From: Acidobacteriota bacterium
Lineage (GTDB): Bacteria > Acidobacteriota > UBA890 > WLXD01
NCBI GenBank assembly: GCA_965205505.1
Contig: CBDBHB010000009.1
Span: 608,001 to 672,000, forward strand
Length of the DNA: 64,000 bases
Direction of reading: 5' to 3'
The stretch's first letter is position 1. The number at the start of each line of letters is the position of its first letter. Position numbers and translations under genes: made by a program. The notes below the pieces were generated by a model that did not search any database, was not told where the DNA came from, and saw only the letters and a program-made list of their open reading frames with translations. Below are positions 37,406-46,702 of the stretch, in pieces.

Positions 37406-37900
37406 CTAGCTGTTGAGGAGACGCACCATGGTCAGCGCGTCCTCCCGCGGATTCGGGTAGTAGCCGCGTCGCACGCCGGCGCTGTGGAACCCGAGACGCT
37501 CGTAGAGGCGCTGGGCAGCGGTGTTCGACATCCGCACATCAAGACGACAGCTGTTGGCGCCGCGCTTCTCGGCCCAGCGGAGCGCTGTCTCGATGAGACG
37601 CTGGCCGAACCCGAGGCGCCGATGGTCGGAGGCCACGGCGACGTTGGCGATCAGCGCGTCCCGGCGATCGGGACAGGCGATCAGGTAACCGGCAACACCG
37701 CCGGCGTGTGCGACCAGACAGAGCAGCTCAGGTGCCGTCAATGCCAGCTCGAATGCCGAGCGCGGCCACGGGGCGGCGAAGCTGTCGTTCTCGATGACGA
37801 GAATGGTGTCGATGTCGGCGTCGCACATGCGTCGCAGCTCGACGGCTTGCCCTGTGGTAGTGGGCGCGGTGCCGGCCCCTCCACCGACCAGCGCGGGCAT
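37406..37900 (-). CDS. rimI: Ribosomal-protein-alanine N-acetyltransferase
   Basis: SFAAPW, NVAV, RRLGFG, VRMSN..AQRLYERLGF, YYPNPREDALTM. Confidence 0.88.
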   Translation of the reverse strand: MPALVGGGAGTAPTTTGQAVELRRMCDADIDTILVIENDSFAAPWPRSAFELALTAPELLCLVAHAGGVAGYLIACPDRRDALIANVAVASDHRRLGFGQRLIETALRWAEKRGANSCRLDVRMSNTAAQRLYERLGFHSAGVRRGYYPNPREDALTMVRLLNS

Positions 37901-39591
37901 CAGCTCGCCGTATACTTGATGATCATCAGCGTGAGGTCGTCGTGCTGCGGGGCGCCGGTGCTGAAAGCTGAGACGGCGTCGAACACGGCCTTACCCATGG
38001 CGGCCGCGTTCTCGTGGCGCTCCGCCACCACCACTGAAGCGAGCGCCTCCTCTCCGTACTCTTCCTCAGCCGGGTTGTTGGCCTCGGTAATGCCGTCCGA
38101 GAACACCACCACCACATCATCGTCGTTGAGCTGTATGGTCTGCACCTCGTAGTCACGGTCGGCGAATAGCCCCAAGGACAGGCCGCCGCCCATCAGACGC
38201 TCGGGTTCTGCGTCGCCGCGTACCAGCAAGGCGGGGTTGTGCCCGGCGTTGACGAACTGCAGCTGCCCATCGGGTCGCAGCAGCCCCACGAAGAATGTCG
38301 CATAGCGCTCGGGTGAAGTGCGCTCGACCAGGAAGTTGTTCACATGGCTGCAGACGAACGCCAGGTCTTCCGAGGTCTGGGTGGCCGCCAAGAAGGCCGC
38401 TTGCAGCGTGGCCATCAACATGGCGGCCGGGATGCCCTTGCCCGAAACGTCACCGACGGCGAACCCGAGCGTGCCCCATTGCGTTTCGAAGAACTCGTAG
38501 TAGTCGCCGCCGACGCCGCGCGAGGGAACGTTGAGAGCGTGAACGTCGTACCAATCTGACTCCGGGAAGTCCGACAGGAGCAAGCTTTGCTGGATGCGGG
38601 CGGCGACGAGCAGCTCGTCCTCCATGCGCCGCTTCTCGAGCGCTTCTTCGTAGAGGCGGGCGTTGTCGATGGCGATCGCCGCATGGCTGGCGAACGACTC
38701 GAGCATCGACAGATCCTGATCGCCGAAGTTGCGTGTCGGCGTCCGTCGATCGACGTAGAGCACCCCGAGGATTCGCGGCGACGAATTACCGCCATCGCTG
38801 CTCTGCAGATCCCCCAGGTCGGAATCCTCCACGCGGGAGAAGTGCGAGAGTCGCAGCGGTACGCACATGACGGTCCGCAGATGCAGCCCGACGATGCTCT
38901 GCTGGGCGCTGAAGTGCTCGTCCTCGGTGACGTCGGTGAGGATTTGCGCCTTGCCATTGCCGAAGACGGCCCTCACGACGCTCTGGCTGTATTGGGTCGC
39001 CAGGGCGTCGCTGGTGAGGTTGCGCTGGGCAGCGATCTCGAGCGCCTCGGCCTCGCTTCCCATCAGCATCATGCAGCGCTCGCCCTCGGTGAGGGCGATC
39101 ACTGCGTCCATGACCTTCTCGAGCACGTCGTTCAGGCGCAACGACGAGTTCAACGCTTTGCTTATCTCCAGTAGCGCCTCCAGGTTTCGGGTGCTGTTCC
39201 GTTGCTCCCTGGCCACGCTGCCGCCGTCCATCGTCGTCGCCTTACCGGTGCTGGCGATCATCATCGTGAACTCGCCTCCCGAGCGGAAGGTGAGCAAGTG
39301 GTTTGTGGCACCACCCAGGCGAATCCGATCGTTCGGCCCGAGCACATGACGCTGGATGCGCTTTTGGTTCACGAACGTGCCGTGAGTGCTGCCGAGATCT
39401 TCGATGACGAAGTCGGCGGCGTCGCACAGAATGCGGGCGTGATCGCGCGATACAGTCGGATCGAGCACCTGTATCTCATTGGTGCTCCGGCGACCCAGAG
39501 TGAGCGGCAGGTTCTCTAGCGCCACCCTGGTCATATCGCCGTCCGGATCACGGAACGTCAGGTACGGCTGGGCCGACAAGTCCTCGGACAT
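37900..39591 (-). CDS. FHA-GAF-PP2C (SpoIIE/RsbU-type) phosphatase
   Basis: FHA GR/SRDHA/STHGTFVN; GAF; VGGDYY, GDVSGKG, NAGH, SDG, DDLT. Confidence 0.93.
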   Translation of the reverse strand: MSEDLSAQPYLTFRDPDGDMTRVALENLPLTLGRRSTNEIQVLDPTVSRDHARILCDAADFVIEDLGSTHGTFVNQKRIQRHVLGPNDRIRLGGATNHLLTFRSGGEFTMMIASTGKATTMDGGSVAREQRNSTRNLEALLEISKALNSSLRLNDVLEKVMDAVIALTEGERCMMLMGSEAEALEIAAQRNLTSDALATQYSQSVVRAVFGNGKAQILTDVTEDEHFSAQQSIVGLHLRTVMCVPLRLSHFSRVEDSDLGDLQSSDGGNSSPRILGVLYVDRRTPTRNFGDQDLSMLESFASHAAIAIDNARLYEEALEKRRMEDELLVAARIQQSLLLSDFPESDWYDVHALNVPSRGVGGDYYEFFETQWGTLGFAVGDVSGKGIPAAMLMATLQAAFLAATQTSEDLAFVCSHVNNFLVERTSPERYATFFVGLLRPDGQLQFVNAGHNPALLVRGDAEPERLMGGGLSLGLFADRDYEVQTIQLNDDDVVVVFSDGITEANNPAEEEYGEEALASVVVAERHENAAAMGKAVFDAVSAFSTGAPQHDDLTLMIIKYTAS

Positions 39592-39784
39592 CGTTGCTCG
39601 TGTGGTTTGCCGGAGCGGGGCGAGCCAGCGGCACCGACGAGCGCGTCTCGGTCGCCGACCCGAGAAGGGGACGAGGCCGTACGATCAACTGGTCAGACCG
39701 CGAGAGGCATTCTACTTCGCGTCTGCTGGTGGCGTCACGATGGGCGCCGCCGACGGCGCGGTTGTGCCCATCTCGATCCAGTGA

Positions 39785-39801
39785 CATTGTCAGACAAAGT
39801 A
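39785..39801. promoter_or_regulatory. Possible operator upstream of the membrane protein/regulator pair
   Basis: Imperfect dyad acattg-tcaga-caaagt about 30 nt upstream of ATG 39831. Confidence 0.3.
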
Positions 39802-39830
39802 CTCGTCGGAACGAATTCGAGGCACCGCGG

Positions 39831-40406
39831 ATGGAATCCTTACAGGCTCGGGCAGAGCAGCACCTGCAAGTGATTCGTGCGGCCATGGAGCGCGCCGCTT
39901 CGTTCACTGCGTTACCGGGCTGGGGCGGCGTGATCATGGGAGCGGTTGGCCTGATAGGGGCGCTGGCCGCCGCGCGGATGACAGATCCGCGGCAGTGGGT
40001 GTTGGTTTGGCTCTTTGCAGCGGGCGTTGCCGTCCCTGTCGGGGCGTTCACCATGTGGCGTAAGGCGAGCAGGGCCGGGGTCGACCTTTATTCGGGCACC
40101 GCGCGTATGTTCGTTGGCTGCTTGGCAACGCCCATCGCGGCCGGCGCCATCCTTACGGCGGCGTTGATCGAGCGGCAGGCATATGCGGCGCTGCCAGCCG
40201 TGTGGCTGACCTTGTACGGCACCGCAGCGGTCGTCGGCGGCGTATTCTCGGTACGCCTCGTGCCGATGATGGGGGTGGCGTTCATGGTGCTGGGTGGACT
40301 CGCCGCCTTCGCGCCGCTGGCGGTTGGCAACGCGCTCATGGGTGTCGGCTTCGGCTTGCTCCATGGGGTGGTCGGGCTGGTCATCGTTCGCCGCTTTGGC
40401 GGCTGA
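39831..40406 (+). CDS. Six-TM hypothetical membrane protein paired with a wHTH regulator
   Basis: A..HL..IR..MER...FTA..GWG N-terminus, GFG.LH C-terminus; multiple TMs. Confidence 0.8.
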   Translation: MESLQARAEQHLQVIRAAMERAASFTALPGWGGVIMGAVGLIGALAAARMTDPRQWVLVWLFAAGVAVPVGAFTMWRKASRAGVDLYSGTARMFVGCLATPIAAGAILTAALIERQAYAALPAVWLTLYGTAAVVGGVFSVRLVPMMGVAFMVLGGLAAFAPLAVGNALMGVGFGLLHGVVGLVIVRRFGG

Positions 40407-40421
40407 CGCAAGAGAGGCGAT

Positions 40422-40799
40422 ATGAAGGTGAAACGACAGCGTGACCGTTCTAGCGGAGCCCGGTCTCCGGTGTTGCCCAGGCTAATCGAGGGTGGCGTCG
40501 ATGCCGCCGCGCCCCTCGACCGGATGATTCATCAGCCCGTGCGCCTGGCGATCGTCAGCTCGTTGGCGGTGAACGATGCGCTGAGCTTCAACGAGCTCAA
40601 GCAGCAGCTCGAGTTGAGCGACGGCAACTTGAGCGTGCACGCGCGCAAGCTCGAGGACGCCGGGTACGTCGCTTGCGACAAGAAGTTCGTGGGGCGTATG
40701 CCACGTACGCAGTACCGACTGACCGGCTCAGGGCGCAAAGCGCTCGAGCGCTATCTGGAGCACATGGAGGCGCTTATCGCGGCCGTGCGGCAGTCGTAG
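40422..40799 (+). CDS. Winged-helix transcriptional regulator (ArsR/MarR-like, HTH_34 type)
   Basis: LDRMIHQPVRLAIVS.L, F..LK..L.LSDGNLSVHARKLE.AGYV, T..GR. Confidence 0.9.
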   Translation: MKVKRQRDRSSGARSPVLPRLIEGGVDAAAPLDRMIHQPVRLAIVSSLAVNDALSFNELKQQLELSDGNLSVHARKLEDAGYVACDKKFVGRMPRTQYRLTGSGRKALERYLEHMEALIAAVRQS

Positions 40800-40863
40800 C
40801 AGGCCCCGCCACACTGTCACCACGGCCCGCTAGCAGGCCCGCCACACTTCCATCACGGCCTGC
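40797..40863. repeat. Imperfect 33-34 bp tandem duplication
   Basis: tagcaggccccgccacactgtcaccacggcccgc / tagcaggcccgccacacttccatcacggcctgc. Confidence 0.75.
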
Positions 40864-40909
40864 CCGACGCAAGGAGTCGCCGGCGCTGCGTGGCATAGTT
40901 GAAAGCACC

Positions 40910-43399
40910 ATGGCCGGCAATTCGATGCATTCCAATCTGTTGTCGCTGCGCCTCCTGCTGCTGGCGCTGGCAGCGGCTGCTCCCGTTGGCCTGCTGTCGC
41001 TCGGCTGGGCGGCTGGCGGCCCCACGCAGCAGGAGGACTATCGCGACCCGACGCAATTCCCCGCCTACTTCGAGGCGGGGCCACACGTGGAGGGTTATCG
41101 GTTCACCGAGCTGCCGCTCGATCGCGACTCGCCCTTTTACCCGTCGTCGGCCACCACGCGGTCCGAGGGCTTCTACTCGCAAGAACAGCTCATGGATGTC
41201 GAGCGCTGCGGTGACGTTGGGTGTCACCCCGACATCTACGACATGTGGTTCGAGTCGGCACACCACCTTGCCTCGATGAGCGACCCTTGGTACCAGCGTA
41301 CGGTGAAGTTCTTTCAGGAGCGGGCGGGGGTGCGCGCCTCACAGTGGTGTGGCGGTTGTCACGACCCGGCGCTGATGATGACCGGCAAGATGCAGGGAGA
41401 GGCGCCCATCGACTTCGAGGGTGCCGGCGCCAACATCGGCATCTCGTGTCAGTTCTGTCACAGCGTCGACCGGGTGCACTCGGCCCGGGCCAACGGCTCC
41501 TACCGGCTGGCGCCGGCCGCCGCGTTGCCCTATTCGGGTACCACCGATCCAGAGCTCCGGCAGCGCGGCAACGACGAGCTGCTTGCCGACCCCGAGTTGA
41601 TCAGCCGTCACAAGGCACGTCGCCGCAGCCCGTTTCATTCGTTGTCGCTGTTCTGTGGTACATGCCACAAGCAGAGCCTGATCACGCCAGTCAACAACTA
41701 CAAGTGGCTGCGCGGCTTCGACGAGTACGACGGTTGGCAGGCGAGCGGCATCTCGGGCGGCTCAGCGCGGTCGTTCTACTACCCGGAAAAACCCCTGCAA
41801 TGCCAGGACTGTCACATGCCCGAGGTGCCGTCGAACGATGCCGGTAACGATGACGGCATGGTCAACTCGCATCGCTTTCTGGGCGCCAACACTGCATTGC
41901 CGGCGGTGCTCGGCTACGAGGCGCAACTGCGAGCTACAGTGCAGTTCTTACAAGACGATCAAGTCACCGTCGATATCTTCGCTCTGCGACTGGGGCTACC
42001 GGGGGCGGCAGCACAGCTCATCGCCCCGGCCAACACCGCCCCCGTCAGCGTGGCGCCCGGCGAGTTGGTCGGTGTGGAGATCGTCGTACGAACGCGCGGC
42101 GTCGGGCATCAGTTCACGGGTGGCACGACCGACAGCAACATGAGCTGGCTCGAGGTGAGTCTCGTTGACGATCAGGGCCGGCCGGTGCTGATGTCGGGAG
42201 GGATGAACGAAGAACGCGAGGTCGATCCGAGCTCCCACTTCTATCGTGGTCTCTTCCTCGACGAGGCCGGCCAGGAGCTCGACAAGCGCAATGGCTGGGA
42301 TCGTCGGACGCCGGTCTATGTGCGCGCCATCCCACCGGGCGCCGCCGACACGGTGCACTATCGGTTCAGAGTTCCCGATGAGGCTCGCGGCGCGCTGCGG
42401 CTACGAGCCCGGCTGAACTACCGGAAGCACAAGCAGGCCTACAACCGTTGGGCTTTGGGGGCAGTTCCAGCCAACGCGCAACCGACCGAGGCGGTCAGTC
42501 GCCCGGAAGTTGACACTCGCCGGTGGGAGTACGACGACACCAAGGTTGCCGATTTGCCGACGGTAATTCTCAGCGAGGCCGATCTGGAGCTGGCCGTCCG
42601 TGCCGTGTCCACCAACGACACTCCTGGCTCACCGATCCCGCAGCGCGACGATTGGATGCGCTTCAACGACTACGCCATCGGCTTGTTGCGCCAGGGCGAC
42701 TCCCGCGCTGCGATCGAAGCGTTCCGAGTGGTGCAGCGGGTGTATCCGGAGTACGCGGACGGGTTCGTGAACGAGGCCAGGGCGCATCTGAGCGAGGGTA
42801 ACCTGGCCGAGGTCGAGGCAGTTCTCGAGCGGGCCACGGCGCTCGAGCCCGGCTATTTCAAAGTCGCATACTTCCAGGCACAGGCGGCGCGTGGCTTCGG
42901 GGAGTACGAGCGCGCCGCCGAGCTTCTCGAGCGGGTTGCGGAGGAATTTCCCTACGACCGAGTCGTGAGGCTCGATCTCGGCAACGTCTACTACTTGCTG
43001 GGAAAGTACGACGACGCCATTCGAGACCTCCTGTTCGTGCTCGATCAAATCGACCCGGAGGAGCTCGGCGCGCACTACAACCTGATGCTCAGCTACCGCG
43101 CGCTTGGCGACGACGCCAAGGCCCGGGTACACGAGTCACGCTATCTACGCTATCGCGAGGACGAGGACATCCGTCAGCTCACTGGGCAGCACAAGCGCGA
43201 GCACCCACACGATAACAACGAGGCACAGCCCATTCACTTCCACGAGCTGTCGGAGGTGTCGGGCTGGTTCAGCGCGCCGGAACGTGACCCGTGGACCGAT
43301 TGGCTCGAGGGTGGTACCCGCGCCCGGCCGGCGCGCGAGTTCCCAGGGCCGACACCACCGTGGCGGCGTACCGACCGCGCCACCGGCGAACAACCGTGA
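40910..43399 (+). CDS. Multiheme c-type cytochrome fused to an Ig-like region and TPR repeats
   Basis: Signal/TM; CGDVGCH (CX4CH), CGGCH, CQFCH, CGTCH, CQDCH; C-terminal TPRs. Confidence 0.88.
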   Translation: MAGNSMHSNLLSLRLLLLALAAAAPVGLLSLGWAAGGPTQQEDYRDPTQFPAYFEAGPHVEGYRFTELPLDRDSPFYPSSATTRSEGFYSQEQLMDVERCGDVGCHPDIYDMWFESAHHLASMSDPWYQRTVKFFQERAGVRASQWCGGCHDPALMMTGKMQGEAPIDFEGAGANIGISCQFCHSVDRVHSARANGSYRLAPAAALPYSGTTDPELRQRGNDELLADPELISRHKARRRSPFHSLSLFCGTCHKQSLITPVNNYKWLRGFDEYDGWQASGISGGSARSFYYPEKPLQCQDCHMPEVPSNDAGNDDGMVNSHRFLGANTALPAVLGYEAQLRATVQFLQDDQVTVDIFALRLGLPGAAAQLIAPANTAPVSVAPGELVGVEIVVRTRGVGHQFTGGTTDSNMSWLEVSLVDDQGRPVLMSGGMNEEREVDPSSHFYRGLFLDEAGQELDKRNGWDRRTPVYVRAIPPGAADTVHYRFRVPDEARGALRLRARLNYRKHKQAYNRWALGAVPANAQPTEAVSRPEVDTRRWEYDDTKVADLPTVILSEADLELAVRAVSTNDTPGSPIPQRDDWMRFNDYAIGLLRQGDSRAAIEAFRVVQRVYPEYADGFVNEARAHLSEGNLAEVEAVLERATALEPGYFKVAYFQAQAARGFGEYERAAELLERVAEEFPYDRVVRLDLGNVYYLLGKYDDAIRDLLFVLDQIDPEELGAHYNLMLSYRALGDDAKARVHESRYLRYREDEDIRQLTGQHKREHPHDNNEAQPIHFHELSEVSGWFSAPERDPWTDWLEGGTRARPAREFPGPTPPWRRTDRATGEQP

Positions 43400-45141
43400 G
43401 CCATTTCTGGGCACTGCTGGTCGTTGCGATCGCCGTCGCGCTTACCCCAGCCGTGCCACGAGCCGAAGAGTCGACGCGCTTCATCGATCATACGGCTGCT
43501 GCCGGGCTCGATTTTCGACACGTCAGCGGCGCGTTCGGTAACAAGTGGATGCCCGAGAGCCTGGGAGCAGGCGTAGCACTGTTCGACGCCGACGGCGACG
43601 GCTGGACGGACATCCTGTTCGTTCAGGGAACGACATGGCCGGGACACGAGACGGCGGTGCCTGTGGAGTTGCGCGGATCTACGATGCAGCTGTACCGCAA
43701 TCGCGGCGACCGCACGTTCGAGAACATCACCCCCGGCTCAGGGCTCGAGGTCCCGCTCTACGGATTCGGCGCAGCCCCTGCCGACTACGACGGCGACGGC
43801 GACACCGACCTGCTGATTACCGCTTACGGTGCGAACCGCATGTTTCAGAACACCGGTGACGGTTCGTTCGTGGACGTGACCGAGGTGTCTGGCATGGGAC
43901 ATCCGGGCTGGAGCACTTCGGCGGCCTGGCTCGACTACGACCTCGACGGAGATCTCGACGTCTACGTAGCGAACTATGTGAAGTGGACGCCAGGAAACGA
44001 TATTTGGTGCTCGCTGGACGGCATCAACAAGTCCTACTGCACGCCTGAATCGTATGAGGGTGAGCCCTCGGTCCTGTATCGCAACGAGGGCGACGGCACC
44101 TTCACCGACGTCAGCGTCGAAGCCCGGGTGTTCGTACCGGGCGGTAAGTCGCTGGGCGTCACGGTGGCCGATTTCAACGCCGACGGACGACCAGATTTCG
44201 CGGTTGCCAACGATACCGAGCCCAACTTCCTGTTCGAGAACGCCGGCGACGGCACCTTCACCGAGGTGGGCTTGCTGTCGGGCATGGCGTTCGATGCCAC
44301 CGGCCGGGCGCGGGCCGGCATGGGGATCGACACCGCCGACCTGACCAACACGGGTCGTTTGGCGCTCGCCATCGGCAACTTCAGCAAGGAGATGATCGGA
44401 CTGTTCGAACAGGGCCCGAGCGGTCTTTTCGTCGACATCGCGGGACGCGCCGGGGTGGGACGGTCGAGCTTTCCGTTTCTTACATTCGCGCTCTTTTTCT
44501 TCGACCATGATCTAGATGGCTGGCTCGACCTCTTCACCGTCAACGGCCATCTGGAATCCCGTATTGCCGAGGTCGAGGCCAGTATCGCCTACGAGCAACG
44601 CCCCCTGCTGTACCTCAACCGCGGCGATGGAACGCTACAGGAAGTAGGGGAGCGCGCCGGCGAGGCCATGACCCGCGGCATCGTCGGGCGTGGAGCGGCC
44701 TACGCAGATCTTGACCACGACGGTGACCTCGACATCGTGATGACGAGCAACGACGGGCCCGCCTACCTGCTGCTCAGTACCACTCGTGATCACCAGGATC
44801 CGCCGCACGTCGTGCGCATCACGCTCCGTGACGCGGCTCCCAATACGGCCGCGATCGGTGCCGCGGTAACGGTGCGCGCCGGCGAATGGCAACAAGTGCA
44901 GCTGGTGCGCTCGGGCTCGTCATACGCCTCGCATAGCGAGCGCACGCTGACCTTCGGTCTGGGCGCTGGTGAGGTGATCGACACGGTAGAGATCATCTGG
45001 CCCGACGGCGAGCGGCAGGAGCTCGAGGGCGCTGTCCTGGCCGAGGCGGTGGACCATGAGCTGTTGATCCGGCGCGATGGCGTCGAGGCGCGACTGCGTC
45101 TCGAGCCCACGGCAGTCGCGCCGGCGTGGCGCGCTCCGTAG
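43396..45141 (+). CDS. CRTAC1/ASPIC-UnbV family protein with FG-GAP repeats
   Basis: Repeated DxDGDGxxD motifs, NTAAIGA.V.V, SGSSY.S, FGLG, WPDG; GTG start overlapping the upstream TGA. Confidence 0.9.
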   Translation: MSHFWALLVVAIAVALTPAVPRAEESTRFIDHTAAAGLDFRHVSGAFGNKWMPESLGAGVALFDADGDGWTDILFVQGTTWPGHETAVPVELRGSTMQLYRNRGDRTFENITPGSGLEVPLYGFGAAPADYDGDGDTDLLITAYGANRMFQNTGDGSFVDVTEVSGMGHPGWSTSAAWLDYDLDGDLDVYVANYVKWTPGNDIWCSLDGINKSYCTPESYEGEPSVLYRNEGDGTFTDVSVEARVFVPGGKSLGVTVADFNADGRPDFAVANDTEPNFLFENAGDGTFTEVGLLSGMAFDATGRARAGMGIDTADLTNTGRLALAIGNFSKEMIGLFEQGPSGLFVDIAGRAGVGRSSFPFLTFALFFFDHDLDGWLDLFTVNGHLESRIAEVEASIAYEQRPLLYLNRGDGTLQEVGERAGEAMTRGIVGRGAAYADLDHDGDLDIVMTSNDGPAYLLLSTTRDHQDPPHVVRITLRDAAPNTAAIGAAVTVRAGEWQQVQLVRSGSSYASHSERTLTFGLGAGEVIDTVEIIWPDGERQELEGAVLAEAVDHELLIRRDGVEARLRLEPTAVAPAWRAP

Positions 45142-45343
45142 CCGTAGCTCGGATTGCGAGGGCCGCTCACCAGGCGGCTCGGCCCCTGGTGGATAGCCAG
45201 CGCCCGCTCGACGGTTCGTGTCTTGCCCGTCTCGGGACGCCGACGTACGCTGAAAGCTGGTTTCCTGACCTAAAACAGCCTCGAGCCACCTTCGAGTCAG
45301 GCCACCACGCACCCTCCCCCTCGACTCCCCACTAAGCGCAGCA

Positions 45344-46702
45344 ATGGAAACCCCGGATCTCGAGCCCGCCAGGAGAGCCACGTCCAGCGACGTGAACCCG
45401 TCTGGGCCCACGTCACACAAGGTGCCCTCGGCCATCGTCGGCCTCATATTGGTCCTCGGTGTGGCCATCGGTGCGTTGTCGGTAATTGCCGCTGTAGGTT
45501 TCGGTTTGCTCGATGGCAGATCCATGGGCTTCGGATCCGCCGAGATGCCCCTGACGGACCAGGGGGGACCAGGCGACGACCCTGGGGGCGAGCCACCGCT
45601 CGGTCCGATGGCCGCGCCGGTCGAGGTCGTGCCCGCGGTCGAAATCGTGGCGGCAGAAAGAGTCGAGCTGCTCGGTACGGCCGCGCCGGTGCGCGAGTCG
45701 TTGGTGGCCAGCGAGGTCGACGGCCTGCTTTCGGAGCTGCGCGTTCACGAGGGTGACGCGGTCCGCCGTGGTCAGACACTTGTGCGGCTAAGGACCGCGG
45801 CTCTCGAGCAGCAGCTCGCTGCGGCGCGCGCAGCGCGCGCCGAGACTGACGCGCGGCTGGCTCGGGCCAGTGCCGATTTCGATCGCCTTGCCAGCCTGCT
45901 GGAGCGCGCTGCGATCTCGCAGCGCGAGTACGATCAAGCGGTTTCGGACCGAGATGCGTTCGTCCAGGGTGTGGCGCGCCTCGACGCTGAGGTGGCTCGA
46001 TTCGAAGACGATCTCGAGCGTGCCGCCGTGCGGGCGCCGTTCTCGGGACGGGTCTCGGCAGTGCATGTCGAGATCGGTGAGTGGGTCGCGCAGGGGGACG
46101 AGATCGTCTCGCTGGTCGACCTGTCGGAGGTCGAGGTGGCGGTACAGATCGCCGAGCGCTACATCTCGGCGATACAGGTGGGATTCCCGGTCGACGTGAG
46201 GCTGGACGCATTGCCCGGGCGGGACTATGCCGGGACAGTGAAGGCGATCGTCCCGCAGGCGGTGCCAGAAGCGCGTACCTTCCCCGTTCTGATACGCGTG
46301 CAGAATTCGGACTTGGGGATCAAGGGCGGCATGGCGGCTCGCGTGTCGGCGCAGCTCGGCAGCCCCGAGCCGGCAATGCTCGTGAGCAAGGATGCGATCG
46401 TGCGCCGCGGCAACCAGGTGCTTGTCTTCCGCGTCATGGCCATGGGCCCGCCGTCTGAGCCGAGTGGCGTCGGCACGCGTGGCGTGATCGAGCAAGTGTC
46501 GGTTGACATTGGCCCGGCGCGGGGACACTGGCAGGTGGTCTATGGAGCCGTTGCGGAAGGCGATCTCGTGATCGTGCGCGGCAACGAGCGCGTCTTCCCC
46601 GGTCAGCCGGTACAGGTATCCGCCGTGCGCGACCTGGCCGTACCGATGGCCGATCTAAGCAAGCCGATCGCCATCGATCCTCGACAAGAAGCGGGCTCAT
46701 GA
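45344..46702 (+). CDS. RND efflux periplasmic adaptor (MFP)
   Basis: TM anchor, lipoyl halves (V.EGD.V..GQ.L; VRAPFSG.V), hairpin, RTF.V, GM. Confidence 0.93.
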   Translation: METPDLEPARRATSSDVNPSGPTSHKVPSAIVGLILVLGVAIGALSVIAAVGFGLLDGRSMGFGSAEMPLTDQGGPGDDPGGEPPLGPMAAPVEVVPAVEIVAAERVELLGTAAPVRESLVASEVDGLLSELRVHEGDAVRRGQTLVRLRTAALEQQLAAARAARAETDARLARASADFDRLASLLERAAISQREYDQAVSDRDAFVQGVARLDAEVARFEDDLERAAVRAPFSGRVSAVHVEIGEWVAQGDEIVSLVDLSEVEVAVQIAERYISAIQVGFPVDVRLDALPGRDYAGTVKAIVPQAVPEARTFPVLIRVQNSDLGIKGGMAARVSAQLGSPEPAMLVSKDAIVRRGNQVLVFRVMAMGPPSEPSGVGTRGVIEQVSVDIGPARGHWQVVYGAVAEGDLVIVRGNERVFPGQPVQVSAVRDLAVPMADLSKPIAIDPRQEAGS